Below are positions 1 through 9,410 of a stretch of DNA of 64,000 nucleotides, piece by piece. The DNA lies in assembly GCA_029248405.1 (NCBI GenBank), contig JAQWJJ010000014.1, forward strand, positions 49,661 to 113,660, given 5' to 3'. This DNA comes from Flavobacteriaceae bacterium (GTDB taxonomy: Bacteria; Bacteroidota; Bacteroidia; Flavobacteriales; Flavobacteriaceae). Below the pieces are notes generated by a model. It had not been told where the DNA came from, ran no database searches, and saw nothing but the letters and a program-made list of their open reading frames with translations. Each line of letters starts with the position of its first letter. Within the stretch, counting starts at the first letter, position 1. A program made the translations under genes and the position numbers.

Positions 1-529
1 CCTGATCGGTCTGGATCAAACAGTTATTGAATCGGCAAGCGGCGGTGATCAGACTTCCCTTTACGGGAGGAGTTTTCGCGACAATGCGGTTATTGACCAT
101 GTCATAGAGCCACACAGATTGGTCAACCATATCCATCAGCCAAAGCCTTCCACCACCAGCATTAAGTGCCATTTGTAATATGGGGTAAGGGTCGAGCTCA
201 TTGAATTTGATTCGTTGTTTTTCATTCAGACGATTATCCAGAATGACAACAGTATTGGTGTCTTGGTAAAATAAGATAATGTTGAGGGGGTTGGTCAAGT
301 CTATTGAGGCAATCGGACCTAGCAGGTAATCTTGAAAGTTATAACTAATGTCGTCCTTGGTTTTCTGAAGCACAGTGCCTTGAACAGTGTAAAGAAAGTC
401 ATAGGAGTCCACGCCGAATAATGCAGCATTGGGAATGGTCGTGGCACCGGCCATGGCAAAATCTTGGCTTGAGGCCTTATTGATCGATGTCATGAGCAGT
501 AGGACTGCAAGAATTTTGAAATGATTCAT
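1..529 (-). CDS. secreted hypothetical protein, N-terminal part (gene runs off the left window edge)
   Basis: I translated the reverse strand from the ATG at 529..527: MNHFKILAVLLLMTSINKASSQDFAMAGATTIPNAALFGVDSYDF... It stays open to base 1 and has a signal-peptide-like N-terminus. It is absent from the track because it has no in-window stop. Confidence 0.5.
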   Translation of the reverse strand, partial: MNHFKILAVLLLMTSINKASSQDFAMAGATTIPNAALFGVDSYDFLYTVQGTVLQKTKDDISYNFQDYLLGPIASIDLTNPLNIILFYQDTNTVVILDNRLNEKQRIKFNELDPYPILQMALNAGGGRLWLMDMVDQSVWLYDMVNNRIVAKTPPVKGSLITAACRFNNCLIQTDQ

Positions 530-754
530 CAGCTTCTAAGGTACAAAAGAATTATCTCTTCTGAGGACCCTCATGAATTCATTAAACGCACATTTAACAC
601 AGTTTTTAGAGCAACATAAGCTTAATATTTTAGCTTTGAAGCACGTTAAATAGAAGCGCATCAGATGAACTGATCCTATTTATTTATCGCATGCATTAAA
701 TCATCGGGCATTACCGGCAGTGGACCGTCCATCAATAAATTTAAAACATCATTT

Positions 755-1636
755 ATGAAACCAATCATCACGTTACTTCTTCTTTTGTTCATGGGGCCGT
801 TATCGGCACAAGATTTTTCGGGTCAAGCGTATTATCAGTCTAAAACCACTGTAGACATGGATGGTTTTGGTCGTGAGGGCATGAGTGAAGACATGAAAAA
901 GCAGATCATGGCAAGGATGAAGTCTTATTTAGAAAAAACATATGTCCTGAGTTTTAATGGTCAGGAATCTTTATATAGTGAAGAGGTGACCTTAGATGCA
1001 GCCGGACAAAGCAGAGGCTTCGGTATAATGATGGCGAGTATGGAGCCGGGCATGCAATACAAAAATATAGGTCAAAATCAATTGGTCGAGGCACATGAAT
1101 TTTTCGGCAAGGAATTTCTCATTAAAGACGGGCTTACGACACTTGATTGGGAGGTGACCAAGGAATCAAAAGTCATCGGTCAATATATTGCCATTAAGGC
1201 GACTGCTGTAAAGGAGGTCAAGCCTGATGAATTTAACTTGATGCGCCGCAGACCCGATAATGATGATAAAAAAGACAAGCAGGAGGATGACTCTGGTGCG
1301 CAAGACCAGGCGAAAGAAACGACCCCAGAAGACGTTGTCATGCCTGAAACCGTTGAGGTCACGGCATGGTTCACGCCTCAAATCCCAATTGGTCATGGTC
1401 CTGGAGAGTATTGGGGATTGCCAGGCCTTATTTTAGAACTCAATATAGACCGCACCACACTGTTGTGCTCTAAAATTGTCATGAATCCTAAAAACATGCC
1501 CGAAATCGAAGCCCCTCGAAAAGGCGAAGTCGTCACTCAAGAAGCCTTCCAAGAGATTGTGACCAAAAAAACACAAGAGCTACGCGCTAACTGGCGTGGT
1601 CGTGGTGGTCGTGGCAGTCGTGGTGGCCGCGGGTAA
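755..1636 (+). CDS. GLPGLI family protein with acidic insert and C-terminal Arg-Gly tail
   Basis: Signal peptide (LLLLLFMGPLSAQ) and the family-defining string YWGLPGLILEL. The tail is RGRGGRGSRGGRG. Confidence 0.8.
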   Translation: MKPIITLLLLLFMGPLSAQDFSGQAYYQSKTTVDMDGFGREGMSEDMKKQIMARMKSYLEKTYVLSFNGQESLYSEEVTLDAAGQSRGFGIMMASMEPGMQYKNIGQNQLVEAHEFFGKEFLIKDGLTTLDWEVTKESKVIGQYIAIKATAVKEVKPDEFNLMRRRPDNDDKKDKQEDDSGAQDQAKETTPEDVVMPETVEVTAWFTPQIPIGHGPGEYWGLPGLILELNIDRTTLLCSKIVMNPKNMPEIEAPRKGEVVTQEAFQEIVTKKTQELRANWRGRGGRGSRGGRG

Positions 1637-1659
1637 TATTAATTCATCCCCTGTTGATC

Positions 1660-4386
1660 ATGAATAAATCGATTTTTACAGCTCTTTTATTACTGTTCGC
1701 CAGCAGCCTGCTGGGACAAACCGTCACGCTAAAAGGTGTCGTTAAGGATAGCATTACTCCTTTGGGGTTTGCCAACGTCATCGCCACTGAAGTAGAGACG
1801 GGGTCCCTAGTCTCCTATGCAATCACCAGTAATGAGGGGAAGTACCAACTGGATTTGGCGCCAGGAGGCGCCTATGTTTTAAGAGCGAGTTTTCTAGGCT
1901 ATACGACTCAAGAAAAGCAGTTGACCCTGCCTGCAGATGCAGCGGATTACCTTATGGATTTTTTCCTCGAATCTGAGGCTGCACAACTCGATGGTGTGGA
2001 GTTGGTTTACGAGATGCCCGTTACCGTTCGAGGTGATACAATTGTTTACAACGCCGATTCATTTAATCGAGGCGATGAAAAAAAACTTGGGGATGTGCTC
2101 AAAAACCTTCCAGGGCTTGAGATCAATGACGATGGAGAAATCCAAGTCGAAGGGAAGACGGTACAAAAGGTTATGGTAGAGGGTAAAGACTTTTTTGATG
2201 GTGATTCCAAACTCGCCACAAAAAACATACCTGCAAATGCAGTTGATAAAGTGGAGGTGCTCCGCAATTTTAGTGAGGTGGGACAAATGCGGGGTGTGAC
2301 CAATAATCAGGATAATGTCGCGATCAATATCAAGCTCAAAGAAGGGAAAAAGAATTTTTGGTTTGGAGAGGTAACTGCAGGCGCAGGTGTCGATGCGGAT
2401 CAGGGAACAAGATACCTGGTCCACCCAAAACTCTTTTATTATAACCCAAAATATAGTGTGAATGTCATTACCGATGTCAACGATATTGGTGAAGTGCCAT
2501 TCACGTGGCGTGATTACTTCAATTTCACGGGCGGGTTCAGGAATTTCAATCAAGGCGGAGGGACGCAGTTCTCTATTCGTGAAAGTGACTTAGGGTTTGC
2601 TGTGGCCCAGAATAACCGTGCACAAGCTATTGATACTAAATTTGGCGCCGCAAACTTCAGTTATGCGCTCAGTCCTGTTTGGGATCTTAGCGGCTTTGGG
2701 ATCGCTTCAGACAATCGCACACAAATTGTATCCCGGACATTAAAACAATATATATCTTCGGGTATTATTGAAACGACAGAAAATGCCTCAGACCAGAGCA
2801 ACCAACTTGCCATGCTAAAACTGAGCAGTATTTACAAGCCTAATGTAAATTTTCAATTGGATTATGATGTGCTTGTAAAGGGTTCAAAGCAAGCCCAAAA
2901 TGACAACACTCTGTCTGAGTTTGGCACATTTACAAATGACATTGAGGAACAGAAGGAAAACACACCGACTTCCATCAATCAAAATATCAACGCGTATTAT
3001 ACGGCCAGTGATGATGATATTCTGGCATTTCAGGCGCAGCACTTGTATCAAAATGAAGATCCATTTTACAGGGCCCTAACTGACTTGAGCCCTTTTGAAG
3101 GTCTGCTGCCCGTAACGTCTTCTTCAGATCGTTATGATGTGTCTCAAGAAAAAATGATCAAGACCAATAAGATCGACAGTAAGCTGGACTATTTCAAAAT
3201 ATTGACCAAAACAAGTCACTTGAACCTGACCTTGGGGCAAACCCTGAGCCATCAAGCTTTTAATTCAGCAATTTTTCAAACACTTAATGGAACACAGATT
3301 CAGCCACTTGAGGAGACCGTACCAATAGACGGTGTTTCTGAATCTTTGATCAATGACGTGCGGTATGGTTTTAGCGATACATTTTTGGGATTGCACTATA
3401 AATTTAAAACTGGAAAATTGACTGTTTCTCCTGGTGTTTCACTTCATCGCTATGGCTTGGTTAATGAACAATCTGGTAGTGAATTGCGACAAAATCAATG
3501 GCTTGTATTGCCGGATTTCTTTGCCCTAATTGATTTGAAAAAAAGTGAAAACTTAAGGTTCAATTACGCTGTCAGTGCTGAATATACTGATGTCAACAAT
3601 TATGCTCAGGCCTATGTGTTCAATAATTATAACCGTTTATTTCGGGGTAATAGAGCTTTGGAAAATGCCCTTAACGACACTTACCGCCTGAATTACTTCA
3701 GCTACAACTTATTCAATTATACCAATATTAGTGGATCTTTAAGTTACACCAAGCGCAGAGCTGGTATCAAAAATAATACGACCTTGGTCGCCATTAATCA
3801 GGTCAGCAGTCCCAGTAACTTCGATCGAAATTTTCCAGACCAAACTTATGCAGCCTCTGGCCGTTTCAGCAAACGCATCAAAAATATAGAGTACCGACTC
3901 AATGCTAATCTGAATTTAAGTGAGCTCTACAATACAGTGAATGACCAGATTCAAGAAAGCCGCAGTTTTACGCAGAACTATAGGGCTAGTGCGCGCAGTA
4001 GTTTTAAGGATTTTCCAAACTTTGAAATCGGATATAACTGGAACAGAAATGACTATAATAACGGGCGGGCAGCGCAAGTATTTTTTACTAAGCGACCATA
4101 CATCAATATGGATGTGACCTTCCTTAAGTCATTTTTCTGGACCATGAATTGGGACTTTTATGATTACAGTGATGCTGAAAATACCGTATCAAATAATTAT
4201 TCATTTTTGAACAGTACCCTTTACTTTCAAAAAGAGGACAGTCACTGGGAGTTTTCCATTCAAGGCACTAACTTGCTGAACAACAAGGATACCAATACCG
4301 ACAGTTTTAGTGAGGAATTCAATACCACAAGTCAATATCTTGTGTTGCCGCGCATTGTGATGCTGGTAGTCAAGTATGACTTATAA
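1660..4386 (+). CDS. outer-membrane beta-barrel protein with carboxypeptidase-regulatory-like N-domain and TonB-dependent-receptor-like plug
   Basis: The track ORF starts at a TTG; the ATG at 1660 gives MNKSIFTALLLLFASSLLGQ. The N-domain reads VTLKGVVKD..GFANV...GKYQL..LRASFLGY. A plug-like segment reads LGDVLKNLPGLEINDDGEIQVEGK. The long remainder is rich in aromatic/Asn beta-strand sequence. Confidence 0.8.
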   Translation: MNKSIFTALLLLFASSLLGQTVTLKGVVKDSITPLGFANVIATEVETGSLVSYAITSNEGKYQLDLAPGGAYVLRASFLGYTTQEKQLTLPADAADYLMDFFLESEAAQLDGVELVYEMPVTVRGDTIVYNADSFNRGDEKKLGDVLKNLPGLEINDDGEIQVEGKTVQKVMVEGKDFFDGDSKLATKNIPANAVDKVEVLRNFSEVGQMRGVTNNQDNVAINIKLKEGKKNFWFGEVTAGAGVDADQGTRYLVHPKLFYYNPKYSVNVITDVNDIGEVPFTWRDYFNFTGGFRNFNQGGGTQFSIRESDLGFAVAQNNRAQAIDTKFGAANFSYALSPVWDLSGFGIASDNRTQIVSRTLKQYISSGIIETTENASDQSNQLAMLKLSSIYKPNVNFQLDYDVLVKGSKQAQNDNTLSEFGTFTNDIEEQKENTPTSINQNINAYYTASDDDILAFQAQHLYQNEDPFYRALTDLSPFEGLLPVTSSSDRYDVSQEKMIKTNKIDSKLDYFKILTKTSHLNLTLGQTLSHQAFNSAIFQTLNGTQIQPLEETVPIDGVSESLINDVRYGFSDTFLGLHYKFKTGKLTVSPGVSLHRYGLVNEQSGSELRQNQWLVLPDFFALIDLKKSENLRFNYAVSAEYTDVNNYAQAYVFNNYNRLFRGNRALENALNDTYRLNYFSYNLFNYTNISGSLSYTKRRAGIKNNTTLVAINQVSSPSNFDRNFPDQTYAASGRFSKRIKNIEYRLNANLNLSELYNTVNDQIQESRSFTQNYRASARSSFKDFPNFEIGYNWNRNDYNNGRAAQVFFTKRPYINMDVTFLKSFFWTMNWDFYDYSDAENTVSNNYSFLNSTLYFQKEDSHWEFSIQGTNLLNNKDTNTDSFSEEFNTTSQYLVLPRIVMLVVKYDL

Positions 4387-4410
4387 GGCATAACCTTTCT
4401 TTGACTGATT

Positions 4411-4716
4411 CTACAACTTTTTCGCGAGACTTTGCCACGAGCCACCATTGACGACTTCGATACCGTGCTGTTCGATCAAGGCCAAAGCTCTTGCGCTGCG
4501 GATTCCGCTGGCGCAACATGTGATGACTGGCTTATTCCATTGGGAAATGGTTTTTATCTTGCTTGGCAGTTGCTGTACGTCAATATTTTTCGCTCCAGCA
4601 ATAGCGCCTAGGGCAAACTCTTCTTTTGTCCTGACATCAAGAATGACCGCTTCGCGATTAATGAAATCAACAATCTTATTGTCTTTATTGCCAAACAAAC
4701 GATGAAACAAATTCAT
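4411..4716 (-). CDS. single-domain rhodanese-like sulfurtransferase
   Basis: 101 aa with the active-site loop CCASGIRSA and typical rhodanese flanks (ILDVRTKEEF). Confidence 0.85.
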   Translation of the reverse strand: MNLFHRLFGNKDNKIVDFINREAVILDVRTKEEFALGAIAGAKNIDVQQLPSKIKTISQWNKPVITCCASGIRSARALALIEQHGIEVVNGGSWQSLAKKL

Positions 4717-4842
4717 TTTTGAGATATTTTTTATAGACTCAAAAATAGGCAGAATATTTAATGCAGTAGGGGACTTTTGAATTTACTTGAAGAGTATTGC
4801 TTATCTTGCAATAAGGATGGCATCATCTTTAACGACTAATCA

Positions 4843-5610
4843 ATGAATGCGCTTATGGAAAGCAAGCCTTTTGTAACTTCGACAATGCATGATGGTGTAG
4901 GGACGATCTCGTTTTTTCATCCGCAACATAATGCCATGCCGTCACATCTTTTGACTCAATTGCGCGATGCCATAGAGCAAGCCGGCCGAAACAATGACAT
5001 AAAGGTTATTGTGCTCAAAAGTGAGGGCGATCGAACGTTCTGTGCGGGTGCAAGTTTTGATGAATTAATCGCCATCGACAATGAGCAGTCTGGTCAGGCG
5101 TTTTTTAATGGCTTTGCACAGGTGATCAATGCCATGCGGGCCTGTCCAAAATTCATCATCGCTCGAGTCCAAGGAAAGGCTGTTGGAGGAGGTGTTGGTC
5201 TTGCCGCCGCCGCCGATTATGCTTTGGCTTCAGAATACGCCTCCGTGAAACTTAGCGAGCTGTCAATTGGCATAGGTCCTTTTGTAATAGCCCCAGCAAT
5301 TTCAAGAAAAATTGGGGTCGGTGCGTTAAGTCAAATGACCATAGATGCCAAAACCTTTTATTCTGCCCATTGGGCCAGAGAAAAGGGTTTGTTTGCAGAT
5401 GTTTTGCCCGACTTGACGGCTTTGGATCAGTCTATTACAGCCCTTTGCGATGAACTCACAAATTACCACCCTGAGGCCATGGCCGAAATGAAAAGAGTGC
5501 TTTGGTCAGGGACCGATCATTGGACGACACTGCTCTCGGAGCGAGCGGCCATAAGCGGTAAGTTGGTCCTGAGTGACTTTACCAAAGACACTTTACAGCG
5601 GTTTAAATAA
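4843..5610 (+). CDS. enoyl-CoA hydratase/isomerase (crotonase) family protein
   Basis: Crotonase-fold strings are present: VIVLKSEGDRTFCAGASFDEL and ARVQGKAVGGGVGLAAAADY. Confidence 0.85.
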   Translation: MNALMESKPFVTSTMHDGVGTISFFHPQHNAMPSHLLTQLRDAIEQAGRNNDIKVIVLKSEGDRTFCAGASFDELIAIDNEQSGQAFFNGFAQVINAMRACPKFIIARVQGKAVGGGVGLAAAADYALASEYASVKLSELSIGIGPFVIAPAISRKIGVGALSQMTIDAKTFYSAHWAREKGLFADVLPDLTALDQSITALCDELTNYHPEAMAEMKRVLWSGTDHWTTLLSERAAISGKLVLSDFTKDTLQRFK

Positions 5611-5671
5611 ATAGTAAATTGAGCAGACCCCAGGTCAATTTAGCGATAGAGCGCTTGTCAAGATCTAAACA

Positions 5672-6205
5672 TTATTCTGATTGTGGTGGAAACTGCCTTA
5701 AGATCTCATGTACGATGTGGCGAATGCGTTCCTCTTTTTTCGTGACATCCTCTGTGGGGTTCAGTCTGGCTTCTCCTAGGCCTTGCCAAATGAGATGATT
5801 TGTTTTTGCATCAACTAAATCGATATAAAGGGACCCCTCTGTTGTGGTGGTGACTATATTACCCATCTGACCAAAGGTCCACCATGGCGACCAGCCCCAT
5901 CCCATCATCATTCCCCCATTATTCCCTACAGTGACTTCTTTATTTTCTTTGGTAAAGATACTGACCAATAGGTCTGGGTTCTTTGACTTGGAGAGTCCTT
6001 TTTCTTGTAATCCTTGATCTATGGCATGCAAAATACGGCGTTTATCTAGGTCGCTTATTTTGGCCTGATCTACTCCAGGTTTGTAAAAGGCGAAGGTCTT
6101 GTAGTGGTCAAATGATGCAGTAGTTTCGTAGTCTGCAGCAACTCTTACAGTGCTGCAACTTGTGGTAAAAATCCCAATGGCAAGAATCAATAGTTTAGCA
6201 TTCAT
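5672..6205 (-). CDS. DUF4136-like lipoprotein
   Basis: Lipobox LAIGIFTTSCS, plus the pattern DY..T..F..YKTFAF ... GSLYIDLVDAKTNHLIWQG. It starts 3 nt after the hutU stop. Confidence 0.65.
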   Translation of the reverse strand: MNAKLLILAIGIFTTSCSTVRVAADYETTASFDHYKTFAFYKPGVDQAKISDLDKRRILHAIDQGLQEKGLSKSKNPDLLVSIFTKENKEVTVGNNGGMMMGWGWSPWWTFGQMGNIVTTTTEGSLYIDLVDAKTNHLIWQGLGEARLNPTEDVTKKEERIRHIVHEILRQFPPQSE

Positions 6206-6208
6206 AGG

Positions 6209-8203
6209 TTATGATTTTTGATCAAACAATCCGTCAGCGACCATATGCGGCAGTGTGACTTTAAGCTGTGGCTCCTGTTCCATGGCGCGCTTTATGGCAA
6301 AAATGGCTTCATGGTTTCGGGCCCAGCTTCTTCTGGCAATACCGTTATTGACATCCCAAAAAAGCATCGACGCTATCCGTTGATCGGCTTGTTCTGTACC
6401 ATCAATAACCATACCGAATCCTCCATTAACAACTTCGCCCCAACCCACACCGCCACCATTGTGAATGCTTACCCATGTTGCCCCTCTAAAACTGTCTCCA
6501 ATGACATTTTGGACCGCCATATCTGCTGTAAAACGGCTCCCGTCATAGATATTAGAGGTTTCTCTAAAGGGTGAGTCTGTGCCAGAAACGTCGTGATGGT
6601 CACGACCTAAAATCACGGGACCGATTAGCCCAATGGCAATAGCCTTGTTGAAAGCCTGGGCTATTTGAACACGGCCATCACTATTGGCGTAGAGTATTCT
6701 GGCCTGTGAACCAACCACTAGATTATGGCTCTGTGCTTCTTTGATCCACTTGATGTTATCAGCCATCTGTTGTTGAATTTCTTCGGAGGCCTGCTGCATG
6801 AGTTGTTCTAGAACATTGCAGGCAATCTCATCTGTTTTTTCCAAGTCTTTTGGATCTCCTGAGGCGCAGACCCACCTAAAGGGGCCAAATCCATAATCAA
6901 AACACATGGGCCCCATGATGTCCTGTACATAACTTGGATAACGGAATTCTAGTTGGTCACTGCCTTGTTTCAAGACATCCGCTCCTGCCCGCGAGGCTTC
7001 CAATAAAAAGGCATTGCCATAGTCAAAGAAATAAGTCCCTTTTTGACTGTGCTTATTGACTGCATTGGCATGACGTATAAGGCTTTTCTGAACATGTTCT
7101 TTAAATTGCTCCGGATCATTGGCCATCATGTCATTGGCCTGATCAAAATCTAAACCAACAGGATAATAACCGCCTGCCCAGGGATTGTGCAGCGACGTTT
7201 GATCACTGCCCAAGTCTACACCAATGTCATTACGATCGAAATACTCCCAAACCTCGACGATATTTCCTTGATAAGCAATAGAGACTGCTTCGTTTCGCCC
7301 TCTTGCTTGCTGCACACGCTTGGCAAGTTTGGCCAAATCTGCAATGACTTCATCAACCCAGCCCTGTGAGTGTCTGGTTTGAATGGCTTTTGGATTGACT
7401 TCAGCACAGACTGTAACACATCCTGAAATATTGCCTGCTTTAGGTTGGGCGCCACTCATCCCTCCGAGACCCGACGTGACAAATAATCCCCCTTCTGGAG
7501 ATTTGCCAATTCTTCTGAAACCATTAAGTACGGTGATGGTGGTGCCATGGACAATTCCCTGAGGACCGATATACATATAACTCCCCGCCGTCATTTGTCC
7601 GTATTGTGTCACGCCAAGGGCATTGAATTTTTCCCAGTCATCGGTTTTTGAGTAATTTGGAATCATCATCCCGTTGGTTACTACGACTCTTGGGGCATTT
7701 GGATGAGAGGGGAACAGTCCCATAGGATGACCGCTGAACATGGTCAAGGTTTGCTCCTCATTCATCTGCGCCAAATAAGCCATCGTTAGTCGGTATTGCG
7801 CCCAATTTTGAAAGACAGCCCCGTTGCCTCCATAGGTAATAAGTTCATGCGGATGCTGTGCAACAGCAGGGTCTAAGTTATTTTGTATCATGAGCATAAT
7901 GGCTTTGGCCTGCTCACTTTGACCCGGATATTCTTGTATTGGCCTGGCAAAAATGGGATGTGTAGGACGGAAGCGATGCATATAGATGCGGCCGTATTGG
8001 TCCAGCTCTTCCCTAAACTCTTCTAGCAATACTTTGTGAAATTCTGGCATAAAATAACGCAGAGCATTACGCAGCGCTAATTCCTGCTCTTGAACCGATA
8101 ATATTGATTTGCGCTTCGGCGCATGATTGATGGAGGGGTCAAATGATGGTCTTTGTGGGAGATAGTTGGGAATGCCTTCTAAAATTTCCTCTTGAAAAGT
8201 CAT
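6209..8203 (-). CDS. hutU: urocanate hydratase (long Bacteroidota-type)
   Basis: Full-length urocanase similarity (GGMSGAQPKA, GPMCFDYGFGPFRWVC, RDHHDVSGTDSP). The start is trimmed to the ATG at 8203 (MTFQEEILEG). Confidence 0.9.
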   Translation of the reverse strand: MTFQEEILEGIPNYLPQRPSFDPSINHAPKRKSILSVQEQELALRNALRYFMPEFHKVLLEEFREELDQYGRIYMHRFRPTHPIFARPIQEYPGQSEQAKAIMLMIQNNLDPAVAQHPHELITYGGNGAVFQNWAQYRLTMAYLAQMNEEQTLTMFSGHPMGLFPSHPNAPRVVVTNGMMIPNYSKTDDWEKFNALGVTQYGQMTAGSYMYIGPQGIVHGTTITVLNGFRRIGKSPEGGLFVTSGLGGMSGAQPKAGNISGCVTVCAEVNPKAIQTRHSQGWVDEVIADLAKLAKRVQQARGRNEAVSIAYQGNIVEVWEYFDRNDIGVDLGSDQTSLHNPWAGGYYPVGLDFDQANDMMANDPEQFKEHVQKSLIRHANAVNKHSQKGTYFFDYGNAFLLEASRAGADVLKQGSDQLEFRYPSYVQDIMGPMCFDYGFGPFRWVCASGDPKDLEKTDEIACNVLEQLMQQASEEIQQQMADNIKWIKEAQSHNLVVGSQARILYANSDGRVQIAQAFNKAIAIGLIGPVILGRDHHDVSGTDSPFRETSNIYDGSRFTADMAVQNVIGDSFRGATWVSIHNGGGVGWGEVVNGGFGMVIDGTEQADQRIASMLFWDVNNGIARRSWARNHEAIFAIKRAMEQEPQLKVTLPHMVADGLFDQKS

Positions 8204-8207
8204 GCTC

Positions 8208-8366
8208 TTATTTTTTTGATGAAGATCCGTATGGACAATGCTTACAATTACTGTCACAGCAATAGCCTCGCTTAAGGTGGTATTGTTCTGTAAAACACTT
8301 ATAACCTTGATCCGTGAGATAAAAGTCGCCTTCTTCGAGAGGAATGTGTTTTTTTGGAAACAGCAT
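8208..8366 (-). CDS. small Cys-rich protein, DUF5522-like (52 aa, below track cutoff)
   Basis: My translation is MLFPKKHIPLEEGDFYLTDQGYKCFTEQYHLKRGYCCDSNCKHCPYGSSSKK. The YHL.RGYCC...C.HCPY motif matches a small Bacteroidota family as I remember it. The stop lies 4 nt before the hutU ATG. Confidence 0.55.
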   Translation of the reverse strand: MLFPKKHIPLEEGDFYLTDQGYKCFTEQYHLKRGYCCDSNCKHCPYGSSSKK

Positions 8367-8515
8367 GGTGTAAAAGTACCAATTAATCAGACTTTATGCT
8401 TGGATTTATTCTGGAATTATAATTGAAGTGCAGCATTAAAGCAAAGACAATTCTTTACGCTCTATGTTGTCTGCGGCGATAATGTAGGCGCTTTATTGCA
8501 GCGGTAATACGGTGA

Positions 8516-9406
8516 TCAATCACCAATAAATTGAAACTCTACAGAACAAGGTAAGTCGTGACCAATATGGCCCATGCCATCCCCCGACACGCCATTATTT
8601 TGGAAGTAGGTCTGGCCAGTAACGGTTTTGTGGCGTAAGTTAAAGGTGTATGTTTCGCCGCCAATCAGGTATAAATAATAAACCAGTGTCGCATGATGGG
8701 GAATATTATAACTTTCAATTGAGGTGCCGTCACGATCATTTTCACTAGAATAGGAATGGGTATAGGACCAGCCTTCTTGATAATCATAGGAGGCGCTATC
8801 TGGATTGATATCAATACCTCCTGCGCCCTGTAACTTAAAAAAGAATGCCCCTTCAGAGGTCGCCAGAGAAATGACACTTTCGTCTCCTGTGGTAAAATCT
8901 TCAATTTTTCCTGCTCCAAAATTTGTTTTGACTTCGATACGGTAGCGTCCTGAGAACTCAGGGATAAAGAGTTGGTCCACCAAACCGGAAATAGCGTTGC
9001 CCGTGCTGTAGGTCAGTGGCGTGCCTTCTTGGATTGCTGCTCTTTGGCAGCCGCCCGTTTGTTTGTAAATCGTATAATCTTCTCTGGTAAATTGCGCCAT
9101 CCACGAGCTTCCGTCAAAGGCATATATGCCTATTTGCACATCGTTGCTGCCCGTAGTTGTGTTTTGGGTATTGAACACAACAGTCCCTGCTACAGGAGGG
9201 CCTCCATTAGGATTTGTGATGGTGGTGGTGTCAGTGGTTCCATTTAGGGCCACTCTGGGAAATAACAAACCGTAATTACCGCCTTCTAAATCTACAGCCC
9301 CTTGGGGAGTCGCGGTGCCGACACCAATTTGACTATGCACCAATGATAAACCTGTCATCCAAAATAGGAGGAACAAAAGGCGTGGAGTATTTGATCGTAT
9401 TTTCAT
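8516..9406 (-). CDS. secreted protein, paralog 1 of an unassigned three-gene family
   Basis: The ATG at 9406 gives MKIRSNTPRLLFLLFWMTGLSLVHSQ. It shares the module QIGVGTATPQGAVD..PRVAL..VVFNT..GIYAFDGSSWMAQF and the C-terminus CSVEFQFIGD with the two upstream genes. Confidence 0.75.
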   Translation of the reverse strand: MKIRSNTPRLLFLLFWMTGLSLVHSQIGVGTATPQGAVDLEGGNYGLLFPRVALNGTTDTTTITNPNGGPPVAGTVVFNTQNTTTGSNDVQIGIYAFDGSSWMAQFTREDYTIYKQTGGCQRAAIQEGTPLTYSTGNAISGLVDQLFIPEFSGRYRIEVKTNFGAGKIEDFTTGDESVISLATSEGAFFFKLQGAGGIDINPDSASYDYQEGWSYTHSYSSENDRDGTSIESYNIPHHATLVYYLYLIGGETYTFNLRHKTVTGQTYFQNNGVSGDGMGHIGHDLPCSVEFQFIGD

Positions 9407-9410
9407 AATG

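Noticed and set aside
532-754. Possible cobalamin or other riboswitch upstream of the GLPGLI/receptor pair
   Set aside because: There is no B12-box-like core or extended conserved helices, only short incidental inverted repeats.
6209-8257. N-terminal extensions in the ORF track (hutU; also anmK 22582, adk 61858, purE 60715, purK 61829, gcvP 57238, 16367..18817, 28478, 33239, 1654, 13483, 9421, 10238)
   Set aside because: The extensions start at TTG or GTG or at far-upstream ATGs and add non-conserved residues ahead of canonical protein N-termini or signal peptides. I trimmed each to the first ATG consistent with the family.
8238-8426. 62-aa plus-strand ORF in the hutU upstream spacer
   Set aside because: It overlaps, on the opposite strand, the Cys-rich mini-ORF (8208..8366). 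That mini-ORF has a recognisable conserved motif and tight coupling to hutU. The plus-strand translation is featureless.
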